Positions 1-7,583 of a stretch of 32,000 nt of DNA are shown one piece after another. The first letter of the stretch is position 1, and each line of letters opens with the position of its first letter. The position numbers were made by a program, and so were the translations under genes. The notes beneath the pieces were generated by a model. The model did no database searches. It saw only the letters and a list, made by a program, of their open reading frames with translations, and was not told the origin of the DNA. Source of the stretch: Pleurocapsa sp. PCC 7327 (GTDB lineage: Bacteria; Cyanobacteriota; Cyanobacteriia; Cyanobacteriales; Microcystaceae); contig NC_019689.1 in NCBI RefSeq assembly GCF_000317025.1, positions 3,208,024 through 3,240,023 on the forward strand. The letters run 5' to 3'.

Positions 1-141
1 CCGTTCAAAAGGACACTGAGCAGGAATGATTTTGCACAACAACCGAGCCAACTTGGGGTTATGAATCTCTACATTCTCTAGCCACAGACGCATTGGTTGT
101 AGCAGATCGATCCCAAAACTGGTTTGATTTAAGGTAGTCAT
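1..141 (-). CDS. 5' part of a CDS that runs out of the window; the N-terminus resembles cyanobacterial 'Mo-dependent nitrogenase C-terminal domain' family proteins
   Basis: Not in the ORF track because it is truncated. Minus-strand ATG at 141-139, with GGAG (complement of ctcc at 151-154) 9 nt upstream. Translation: MTTLNQTSFGIDLLQPMRLWLENVEIHNPKLARLLCKIIPAQCPFER... The LC..IPAQCPFER motif is what I recall from that family; this is recollection, not a search. Confidence 0.4.
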   Translation of the reverse strand, partial: MTTLNQTSFGIDLLQPMRLWLENVEIHNPKLARLLCKIIPAQCPFER

Positions 142-216
142 AGGTTAAATCTCCTCAAGTAACCTTCACTCAAACCTATGTCTGACCAAATTACTCTTAT
201 GCAGTCTAATGTCCTC

Positions 217-335
217 GCGCTGGGTGCGACTTCATGACTTGAAAAGCGCCACACATTCAAGAAACAGATCGTAAAACTCTTATCAGTCAATTCTGCGTAG
301 GTGCGATCGCGTGAGAGATATCTTTAAGCGAGTCT
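217..335. repeat. Intergenic repeat, copy A (two conserved blocks around a variable middle; contains a HIP1 site)
   Basis: Block 1 (gcgctgggtgcgacttcatgacttgaaaagcgcc, 217-250) and block 2 (aaactcttatcagtcaattctgcgtaggtgcgatcgcgtgagagatatctttaagcgagtc, about 274-334) recur at 3811-3957. Block 1 has 4 mismatches and block 2 has 2. Confidence 0.8.
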
Positions 336-413
336 AACTTATCAGGGTTGACTTAGCAGCAAGAAAACCATTGATGGGTTCCGAATGGGTTAATCCGGTT
401 AAGACTTAAAAAA

Positions 414-431
414 CTGCATAGGTGCGATCGC
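414..431. repeat. Partial third copy of the same repeat core (ctgcataggtgcgatcgc)
   Basis: An 18-nt match to the core of copy B (3915-3933), about 93 nt upstream of the ORF at 524. Confidence 0.5.
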
Positions 432-523
432 CTCAGATATACGTTAGCTCGAATCCAGGCTTCAGTTATAAAAACTGAGCCAACTGAAAAAATTGTCTAT
501 CTAATTACAAGGAGATAACTATC

Positions 524-802
524 ATGACTAATTTCCTATTAACAGGCGTAACTGTTGGATTCCTAACTGCTGCATCCCCCTTCTCAGAAGATGCATCCCC
601 ATTCCTGCAAACATCCCCAACTAACCCAACGCCACCCGCTGTTGAGTTAGGGATGGTCGATCGCGCGGTTGGTGAAGCATCCGAAAGCTTACTGTTAGCT
701 GGCTTCTATACTGATGACGGCTACTGCTGGACATCGACTGGCGAGGTTACTAACCCAAATGGAACTGTAATCTATCGAGGAACTCCAAACAGTTGTAGCT
801 AG
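524..802 (+). CDS. Small hypothetical protein (92 aa)
   Basis: The ORF has a strong SD (aaggagataactatcATG). I recognise no family. The middle is Pro/Thr-rich and the C-terminus has two Cys. Confidence 0.5.
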   Translation: MTNFLLTGVTVGFLTAASPFSEDASPFLQTSPTNPTPPAVELGMVDRAVGEASESLLLAGFYTDDGYCWTSTGEVTNPNGTVIYRGTPNSCS

Positions 803-983
803 ACAATCATCGGGCGTTGCTGGCAGGGAAGATAATCCGGCATACTACGAATTGCTTACAGATTGTTTGCAGGCTGCCAACCAGCAACGCTGCCTATTTT
901 AGGTTCAGATGCATTTCAGATGCATTAGCTTAAAGATTTCTATTTCCATAACAGAAATTAAATAATGGAGGTTCAGTGAAACT

Positions 984-1235
984 ATGCTGAATAAAAATGA
1001 TTCTTCACCAGTATTCCCAATCGTCTGTGCAGCGATGATAATCGGTACGCTAACCATCCCATTTACGCACAAATCCGCATCACAATCGCATTCTAACTCC
1101 GATCCATTCGCGGCATATGACAGGTTTGAAGAATGTATGTACGGTTCAAGTCGGAATCCCTTAAATACGCCTTCAAGCTTTGAACAAATTTTAGCGTGTA
1201 AATCTCAATTTAATTCTGAAATGAACGAAAGATAA
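984..1235 (+). CDS. Small hypothetical, probably exported protein (83 aa)
   Basis: GGAGG SD 9-13 nt upstream of the ATG. Hydrophobic N-terminal segment PVFPIVCAAMIIGTLTI. The N-terminal pattern is similar to that of the next ORF. Confidence 0.5.
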   Translation: MLNKNDSSPVFPIVCAAMIIGTLTIPFTHKSASQSHSNSDPFAAYDRFEECMYGSSRNPLNTPSSFEQILACKSQFNSEMNER

Positions 1236-1329
1236 ATATCTGATTCGAGACTGTATTGAATGCAGAAATACGATCGCTGGTACCAGTAAATTTGTAACAG
1301 ATTCCTAAATATGGAGTGCAACTGGAATT

Positions 1330-1620
1330 ATGTTCGCTAAAAGCAATTCACCAACAATCCTAGTTGCTTGTGCAACAGTATTAATGGGCGCATTAGTCAG
1401 TTGCGATCGAGCCGAACAATCACCTGTTTTTCCTCCAGAAAGAGGCGGGGAAAGGATATCTAATCCAGTGTCAAAAAAGGAGGAGATTTGTGAGGAAGAA
1501 GCAGCAATCCGCCAACGATATTACAACCAATGCGTGGAACAAAGAAATCAAATGGAGGGTGGTGTTGGTACGACTACGCCCTGTGAAGATTGGTTACGAA
1601 CCCCAGCCGCGTGTTTATGA
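1330..1620 (+). CDS. Small putative lipoprotein (96 aa)
   Basis: GGAG SD. The N-terminus MFAKSNSPTILVACATVLMGALVSC ends in a lipobox-like LVSC. The mature part is Cys-containing and acidic. Confidence 0.55.
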   Translation: MFAKSNSPTILVACATVLMGALVSCDRAEQSPVFPPERGGERISNPVSKKEEICEEEAAIRQRYYNQCVEQRNQMEGGVGTTTPCEDWLRTPAACL

Positions 1621-1695
1621 TGACGCTACCAACTATTGATTTGGCTACAAAACTGTCATTAAAGCATGTTCCAATCGCAGGGGAATTGATGATTT

Positions 1696-2709
1696 ATGTA
1701 TAGCGATCTTGAGGCGATTTGGCAAATAACACTTACTCGACCTCACGTCATTGAAATCAAAAACACAGGTGGCTTTTTTCAAGATAAATTCAGAGTCATT
1801 GTCGATGGAATTGAAATTTTAAATAAACTAATCTTTTTAGGTTATGGCTCGCACTCATTTATCTTGGATGATTCTCTTGTAGAAATCCGTTGGTTTGTCA
1901 ACTATTTTTCGGGGAAAATAGATTCCATTGTGCTGATGCAAGACAAGATAATCCTTGCTCAGTATGGCAGCGATCGCGCTGCCCGTAAAACTTTTATTTC
2001 TGCTTGCGATCGAGCATTTTTATCCAATCAAAATAATGAGGAAAAAATGGAGAAGAATGAAACAGGAATTATGATGCTAGCCTTATTAATTACTACTAGC
2101 ATTATTGGCGGCGGTATTTGGTGGCTTAGTCATAATTTTGACTTTTTTGAACGAGATAAAAATCCAACATCAATTTCTACACCTTTACCAACAACTAATC
2201 CAAATGAATCAACAGAAGAAGGAGCGGATGGGCTTCCTTCTCCCGAATCAGAGATATCCGAGCCATTTTCGACTGGAGATCGACCGACAGTTCAACCCAT
2301 TGAAACTCCTGTTCGGACTCAATCAGACGAGCTTCCAGCCTATGTTAATGGATACCTAGTATGGAGAGGGAAACAAATTCCCGTTGATTGGGGAGAAATG
2401 CCATACTATTTCCAAATCGAGAGGATCGATGTAGAAAAAAAAGAAATGCCAAACAGTGGCAAGCTAGTTACTGCCATTACTTTCATTGTTACAGCTAGAC
2501 GTGAGGTGTTTTATTCTGACAGTAGTTTTTATATTAAATACTATGACTCAGACGGAATTGAAGTTAGACCTTCTAATCTAGGGCTTCCACAGGTTGAGTA
2601 CAATCCCAGGATTAGGCGTAGTCGCAAGCGTAGTAGAGCATTCTTTCCCATTCCAGAAGGCGATGAACTTTCCCAGGTTAATGTAATTAAGCTCGAAGGA
2701 AGCCCCTAG
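1696..2709 (+). CDS. Hypothetical single-pass membrane protein (337 aa)
   Basis: Long ORF with a TM segment IMMLALLITTSIIGGGIWWL mid-protein, then a Pro/Thr/Ser/Glu-rich linker and a C-terminal globular part. I recognise no family. Confidence 0.6.
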   Translation: MYSDLEAIWQITLTRPHVIEIKNTGGFFQDKFRVIVDGIEILNKLIFLGYGSHSFILDDSLVEIRWFVNYFSGKIDSIVLMQDKIILAQYGSDRAARKTFISACDRAFLSNQNNEEKMEKNETGIMMLALLITTSIIGGGIWWLSHNFDFFERDKNPTSISTPLPTTNPNESTEEGADGLPSPESEISEPFSTGDRPTVQPIETPVRTQSDELPAYVNGYLVWRGKQIPVDWGEMPYYFQIERIDVEKKEMPNSGKLVTAITFIVTARREVFYSDSSFYIKYYDSDGIEVRPSNLGLPQVEYNPRIRRSRKRSRAFFPIPEGDELSQVNVIKLEGSP

Positions 2710-2955
2710 ATCGAGAATAATCCAATCCAATTTATCTGTCTTGAGTGCGTCGATCTATCCTAATAAAAGCATCTTTGAGGGAGAAAGAAATCGATCGACG
2801 AATACCTCTTAGGACTAGAACATCTCAAGTCGCTGCATTACTCGTGGCAAGAATGCCAGCAAATGGAGGACATCTATTTAGATCATCGGAACTACCGCAT
2901 CAGGTAAGAAAGCAGGACTGTTTACTAAAGCCGATGAGACAAGCGCGATCGCCAT

Positions 2956-3384
2956 CTATTCTCCTAGTTCATGCACGTAAGCGGGTCGGGGAGAGAGTCG
3001 ATCGAGTAAAACCCGATCGATTGTCCAAAATTGGGCAGATTCGCTTTCGGCAACTGCTAGAAAGGAAGCATCATAGAGGGTTGGGAGTTGATACTGCTGT
3101 GCAAGTTCCCAGGATCTCATTCTAACCGACTCCTCATTGATGTAGTCTATGGGGAAATTACAAAAGTCCTCATAACAGCCTTGCGCTTGCTCTGCCGTCA
3201 GCAAATCCATCCTGATTTTTTTTCGCAAGACAGACCCGATTTCTGCCCAAGCAAAGGCGGGAGCCACTAAACGGGCAGCCCCTGAAACGGCTTCTAATAC
3301 CAGAGTATCTGCCTGGGGTTCGTGTTCGTCTGGGACGAGGTAGGACACTAAAACGCTGGTATCTAGACAGAAAACTCTATTCAC
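2956..3384 (-). CDS. vapC: PIN-domain toxin (VapC-type ribonuclease)
   Basis: The N-terminal CLDTSVL motif, AEIGSV, LYDASFLA and TIDR supply the acidic PIN residues. 142 aa. The GTG start overlaps the upstream antitoxin stop (GTGAATAG). Confidence 0.85.
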   Translation of the reverse strand: MNRVFCLDTSVLVSYLVPDEHEPQADTLVLEAVSGAARLVAPAFAWAEIGSVLRKKIRMDLLTAEQAQGCYEDFCNFPIDYINEESVRMRSWELAQQYQLPTLYDASFLAVAESESAQFWTIDRVLLDRLSPRPAYVHELGE

Positions 3385-3631
3385 GCCGCCCTTCTCCTTT
3401 TCTAAGAGCGCGAATCAGTGCGGTAGCATCTGGCTGTACGCCAGTTTTCGCCTTAATTTCAGCCCGCCTAGCCACAATGCTCTCATGGGCTGAGAGTGCA
3501 CGCCTCCGTTTCACCTCTCGCTCTACTGCTTCTACCACTAGCTCATTGAAGGATTCCCCACCATATTTTAGCTGTTTGGCTTGACAGACTAACTTGGCAG
3601 GAAAGCGGATGGTAACGGCTTCACGTTCCAT
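3377..3631 (-). CDS. VapB-type antitoxin (probable ribbon-helix-helix / Arc-like DNA-binding N-terminus)
   Basis: 84 aa. It lies immediately upstream of the PIN gene and overlaps it by 8 nt. The N-terminal beta-strand-like TIRFPAKL followed by helices is typical of RHH antitoxins. Confidence 0.7.
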   Translation of the reverse strand: MEREAVTIRFPAKLVCQAKQLKYGGESFNELVVEAVEREVKRRRALSAHESIVARRAEIKAKTGVQPDATALIRALRKGEGRRE

Positions 3632-3810
3632 ATCGATCTATCTAGTAACTTAATTGTGATATCATTTATTGTAACCTTTTTGCGATAGCAATGGTTCGCT
3701 CCGCCTCTCTAATCGCGCTTGAATCTCGCCTGAGACGTTGGAGAGAAAATTGTATTCGGTACACTGTTCTATTGCGTTTCCAGATCCGTCAGTTCAGGGG
3801 CAAGGCGATC

Positions 3811-3957
3811 GCGCTGGGTGCGACTCCATAACTTGAGAAGCTCCGCCTCCGAGAGGTTGAAGTTTTTAAAGACTGTGCATTTAGGAAATAGTTGGCAAAC
3901 TCTTATCAGTCAATTCTGCATAGGTGCGATCGCGTGAGAGATATCTTTAAGCGAATC
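3811..3957. repeat. Intergenic repeat, copy B (same orientation as copy A)
   Basis: See copy A. The conserved blocks are at 3811-3843 and 3898-3957, around a longer variable middle. It ends 20 nt before the ATG at 3977. Confidence 0.8.
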
Positions 3958-3976
3958 AGACTACAGGAGTACTGAG

Positions 3977-4225
3977 ATGGATATAGTCAAAAAAGTAGCG
4001 GATAGAATCGCTAATGGAGCAAACTACCTAGCCGACGAGGCAGAAAAGCGGATGAACTACTCCAGAGGCTTTAAAGACGGATATAACGACCGACCTCGTA
4101 ATCGTTTTTTTGAGAATCTCAGCGATTATCAAGAAGGATACGAAGCAGGACGTAAACAAGCTCAAGCAGATACGAAATCTCCTTCCCTATTACCTCGTTC
4201 TTTCCAAAAGCCTAATGAGGATTAA
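3977..4225 (+). CDS. Small hypothetical protein (82 aa)
   Basis: AGGAG SD 8 nt upstream. Hydrophilic, with duplicated G(F/Y)xDGY / EGYEAG motifs. No family recognised. Confidence 0.5.
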   Translation: MDIVKKVADRIANGANYLADEAEKRMNYSRGFKDGYNDRPRNRFFENLSDYQEGYEAGRKQAQADTKSPSLLPRSFQKPNED

Positions 4226-4288
4226 CCTCTAAGAAACTTGAGAAATTCCTGGCTGAAAAGCCAGGAGTAGTTTATACAAGGAGTTGTC

Positions 4289-4744
4289 ATGAGTAATAGA
4301 TTCAAGCTTATATCTCGTCGAATTTTAGCTGAGAGGGGTTCTCCTTTGAGATTTGGGAATCATGTCGGTGTTTACGATGAAAGATACGAAGAGGTTTTAG
4401 ACCTTGGCTTCAATGAAGAAGACAATTCCATAATTATTAGAATTAGTTCGCTTGAAGAATTTAAACAAGGGGAACAAGTCAGATTTGAGTTAATAGAAGG
4501 AATGAGTTCTGAATCGGAAATTGAAAGTAGGTGGCACGCAATATCCTCAGCGTGGAAAAATAGCGAATTAAACCATCTTAAATTCAATCTTTATTCACTA
4601 AATTGTGAAACTCTGGCGTACTTCGTGCTGACAGGCAGAGAAAATACTCCACAAGGGGAAGAACTCAACGATTTAATCGGGGAGATGCTAGTTGGATCAT
4701 TAAGAGGACTGGCTAATATTCTGAGGAGCTGGTCTTCTGATTGA
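4289..4744 (+). CDS. LRAT / NlpC-P60 superfamily-like protein (papain-fold His/Cys)
   Basis: AAGGAG SD. NHVGVY (His about residue 25) and LNCETLAYFV (Cys about residue 106) resemble the H.G(I/V)Y and NCEHF motifs of LRAT/H-REV107-type enzymes, with similar spacing. This is a motif-level call only. Confidence 0.4.
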   Translation: MSNRFKLISRRILAERGSPLRFGNHVGVYDERYEEVLDLGFNEEDNSIIIRISSLEEFKQGEQVRFELIEGMSSESEIESRWHAISSAWKNSELNHLKFNLYSLNCETLAYFVLTGRENTPQGEELNDLIGEMLVGSLRGLANILRSWSSD

Positions 4745-4776
4745 TTAGTGATAAGCACATGGAGAGTTGAAATACT

Positions 4777-5625
4777 ATGTCTGAGCCGCTTCAAGAGAAT
4801 TTGCAGTCACACGTCAAGGAAATTGCGCGTCCACGAGATCCCTATCTTGCCAATGGTGGGCATTTTTACGTCCAAGAATATATTCGTCAAGAGTTAGCAC
4901 AATGGGGGGAAGTAGAGGTACATGAATTTCAAGTGCGGGGTAAAACCCACCAAAATTTCATCCTCGATTTACCCAATGATACCAATACTCAGAAACCACC
5001 GATTTTAATTGGTGCACACTATGATGCGGTTATTGGTTCTCCTGGTGCTGACGACAATGCTACAGGTGTAGCTGTATTGTTGGAATTGGCAAGAATCTTT
5101 GCTGCTGAACCAGGACATTATCCTTTGAGGTTGGTGGCATTCGATCTTGAGGAATACAATTTGCTAGGTAGTTTTTGCTATGCCAGCAAATTACGACGAC
5201 AAGAACAGCCCTTACGTTTAACCATTTCTTTAGAAATGTTAGGTTATTGCAACCATAATCCCGGTTCGCAACAATACCCTCCTGGCTTAAATTTTTTCTA
5301 TCCTAGCAAAGGTGATTTCATTGCCTTAATTGGCAATTTGCCTACCTTACTTGACCTAATTCATATTAGTTACCACATTAAAAACACAGGAATCCCTTGT
5401 GAATGGCTTCCAGTGGCGATAAGGGGTTTGCTGCTTCCTGATACTCGAAGAAGCGATCATGCTCCTTTTTGGGACAACGGCTATCCAGCCATTATGGTCA
5501 CTGACACAGCCAATTTACGAAATCCTCATTACCATCAGCCAAGTGACACCATCGATACTGTAGATTTTGAGTTTTTAACAGGCGTTTTGAAGGGTCTAGC
5601 TACTGGTATTAGAAACATAAGATGA
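4777..5625 (+). CDS. M28 family zinc peptidase (aminopeptidase-like), cytoplasmic
   Basis: GAHYDAV, GADDNATGVAVLLELAR, DLEEYNLLGS and SDHAPFW match the M28 metal-ligand and catalytic motifs. There is no signal peptide. Confidence 0.85.
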   Translation: MSEPLQENLQSHVKEIARPRDPYLANGGHFYVQEYIRQELAQWGEVEVHEFQVRGKTHQNFILDLPNDTNTQKPPILIGAHYDAVIGSPGADDNATGVAVLLELARIFAAEPGHYPLRLVAFDLEEYNLLGSFCYASKLRRQEQPLRLTISLEMLGYCNHNPGSQQYPPGLNFFYPSKGDFIALIGNLPTLLDLIHISYHIKNTGIPCEWLPVAIRGLLLPDTRRSDHAPFWDNGYPAIMVTDTANLRNPHYHQPSDTIDTVDFEFLTGVLKGLATGIRNIR

Positions 5626-5641
5626 AATTGAGAGAAAAAAC

Positions 5642-7540
5642 ATGGATGTCAAACATATTCACTTTATTGGTTTCGACTTAGGACACGGGCAAACCGCACT
5701 TGCATCTATCCCAACCCACGCTTCTGCTCGCTTGGAAATCCTTGAGATTAATAATAAAAAGGTTCAGACCACAGCATTTAAGCGCAGCGACGATGGAAAA
5801 ATTGCTACAGGCGATCGAGCTTTTAATAGCGTTGTTGAGCCTCCGAATCAACTCTGTATTGCTTTCAAAAAAAGAGCAACTTCAGAGCCTGAGTACAGAA
5901 AAAATATGCAAGAGTATTATTACTCAACCCTTCAGCATCTCCAGGAAACTAATCAAGTGCCTCAATGGCATGACAGAGTTATTATCATCGGTTGCCCCTC
6001 CGAGTGGAAGCAAAAAGAACGCGAATCTTATCAAGAGCTTTTCAGTAATCCCCAATTTCCAAAGCCTGAAGTTGTTTCTGAGTCCCGTGCTGCTCTTCTC
6101 CATGTCATGGAACAGCAGGGAAAAACTCTCACCAAGGCGGATCTTGATGACGGGGCTGTGCTGGTCATTGATTGTGGCTCTTCTACCACGGATTTTACGA
6201 TTATTCATGGTTGGAATTCAGAAGAGCCATTAAAAGATTTTGGGGAAGACCTTGGTGCTTCTTACTTTGATGAAGAAATTTTCAAATACTCAGTAGAACA
6301 AAATGAAGATGCAGCTAATCTCATTGCTTTGATTCAAGCAAATGCCAATCTAGTGCCCATAATGAAATACCTCTGCCGACAAGCGAAAGAGAAATATTTT
6401 GATGCTCCAGATGATTTCGCTGAAGACAATGTTTCGGTTGGCTATCGACGGATTGGGAATACAATTTTCGAGCCATTGGTTAATGGCGTGCTGATGAATC
6501 AACTAATTCACCAACCGCTTGCTAATTCTCAATATTCATGGATTCAAACTTTCCAAAATCTCCTTCAAAGAGCTAAAAATGAGATTACCACGCGGGGATA
6601 TTCTCTAAGAGCCATACTGCTTACAGGTGGAGCTTCTCGTATGGGTTTTATTAGAGAAAGCATTAAGCAAATATTTCTTCAAGAAAACCCAGAAATCAAG
6701 TTTCAACAAGATCCAGAGCCAGAATTTTCAGTTGCTAGTGGATTAGCTCGATGGGGAAGGCGACGATATCTAATCGAATCTTTCCGTGAGAATACCAAAC
6801 GTGTCTTTGATGAAGAAATGCCTGAGCTAATTGAAAAACACAGCAGTGAGTTTCTAGATATCCTTATACCTAAGCTCATGGATACAGTTATTCCTCTATT
6901 TGTTATTCCGGGTCTATTTGATTGGAAGCAAGGAAAATTCGAGACGACTGAAGTTCTTCAGAAACAAATTAAGCAACAAACTAATCAGTGGTTGCAAACA
7001 TCTGAAGGAATAGAACTTATAGCTTCAGTCGGTAACGAGTGGTGGCATAAGGGGGTTGGCAAGGAGTTTTTATTTTTTATAGATCCTCTGTGTAGAAAGC
7101 ATGATGTACCTACAGGTTCAATGGATCTTAAAATTCCTTTTCGTTCAGAAAGTTTTTTCGATCCAGAATTTCCTTTCCCTATTCCACTAGAGCCACTAGT
7201 CAGATTCATTGGTTACATTATTTTTTGGGTAATTGTGTGGGCATTACCTTTAGGTGGTCCGATAATCGCCGCTTTTATCACTTTCTTTGCCAAGGATGAG
7301 GTTGACAAATTTATTGACCTGAGCATCAAGAAAATTAATATGCCAAAGTTGCTAAGAACCACTGTTAATGATACGGAGATTGAGAGTCTCGATCTTAAAC
7401 GGCACGAAATTGCGAACAAAACACGAGAAATGATTAGTAGTGATGATAAAGCTATGAAAAATATCACCTCGCAAATTCTCAAACACCTACGTACAGAAGT
7501 CGAAAAAAAGGCTGATGAAGCTAGTCGTTTTATTCAGTAA
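5642..7540 (+). CDS. Hsp70-like (ASKHA fold) ATPase with a non-chaperone C-terminal region and a membrane anchor
   Basis: Phosphate-1 FDLGHGQT, phosphate-2 VIDCGSSTTDFT and adenosine motif LLTGGASRMGFIRESI are present. There is no DnaK-type substrate-binding domain. A hydrophobic stretch FIGYIIFWVIVWALPLGGPIIAAFITFFA is encoded at about 7201-7290. Confidence 0.75.
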   Translation: MDVKHIHFIGFDLGHGQTALASIPTHASARLEILEINNKKVQTTAFKRSDDGKIATGDRAFNSVVEPPNQLCIAFKKRATSEPEYRKNMQEYYYSTLQHLQETNQVPQWHDRVIIIGCPSEWKQKERESYQELFSNPQFPKPEVVSESRAALLHVMEQQGKTLTKADLDDGAVLVIDCGSSTTDFTIIHGWNSEEPLKDFGEDLGASYFDEEIFKYSVEQNEDAANLIALIQANANLVPIMKYLCRQAKEKYFDAPDDFAEDNVSVGYRRIGNTIFEPLVNGVLMNQLIHQPLANSQYSWIQTFQNLLQRAKNEITTRGYSLRAILLTGGASRMGFIRESIKQIFLQENPEIKFQQDPEPEFSVASGLARWGRRRYLIESFRENTKRVFDEEMPELIEKHSSEFLDILIPKLMDTVIPLFVIPGLFDWKQGKFETTEVLQKQIKQQTNQWLQTSEGIELIASVGNEWWHKGVGKEFLFFIDPLCRKHDVPTGSMDLKIPFRSESFFDPEFPFPIPLEPLVRFIGYIIFWVIVWALPLGGPIIAAFITFFAKDEVDKFIDLSIKKINMPKLLRTTVNDTEIESLDLKRHEIANKTREMISSDDKAMKNITSQILKHLRTEVEKKADEASRFIQ

Positions 7541-7583
7541 AAAAGCAAAAATTAAGAACAGTAAAAATAATTAGGAGTCAGCC

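Noticed and set aside
443-483. A tRNA-like T-loop string (ctcgaatcc) followed by the hairpin ggcttcagtt...aactgagcc.
   Set aside because: There is no complementary T-stem around the loop and no acceptor, D or anticodon arms. The hairpin has a bulge and no flanking U-tract. This is not a tRNA, and a terminator cannot be supported.
524-802. The 92-aa ORF as a RiPP or bacteriocin precursor, with an LLLAG-type leader cleavage site and a Cys-containing core.
   Set aside because: The leader does not match double-glycine, NHLP or N11P leader patterns. No maturase, cyclase or C39-peptidase transporter gene is nearby.
2745-3125. A 126-aa plus-strand ORF.
   Set aside because: It is antisense to, and overlaps, the well-supported PIN (vapC) gene. 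It has an Arg-rich, low-complexity-like composition and no SD.
3657-3664. The palindrome tgatatca upstream of the antitoxin gene as a VapB operator.
   Set aside because: An 8-bp AT-rich palindrome is expected by chance, so the sequence alone gives no support.
5700-6233. A 177-aa plus-strand ORF in another frame inside the Hsp70-like gene, and the antisense ORFs at 5924-6208, 6985-7209 and 7213-7482.
   Set aside because: They are nested in a CDS with clear family motifs. They have no motifs or SD of their own.
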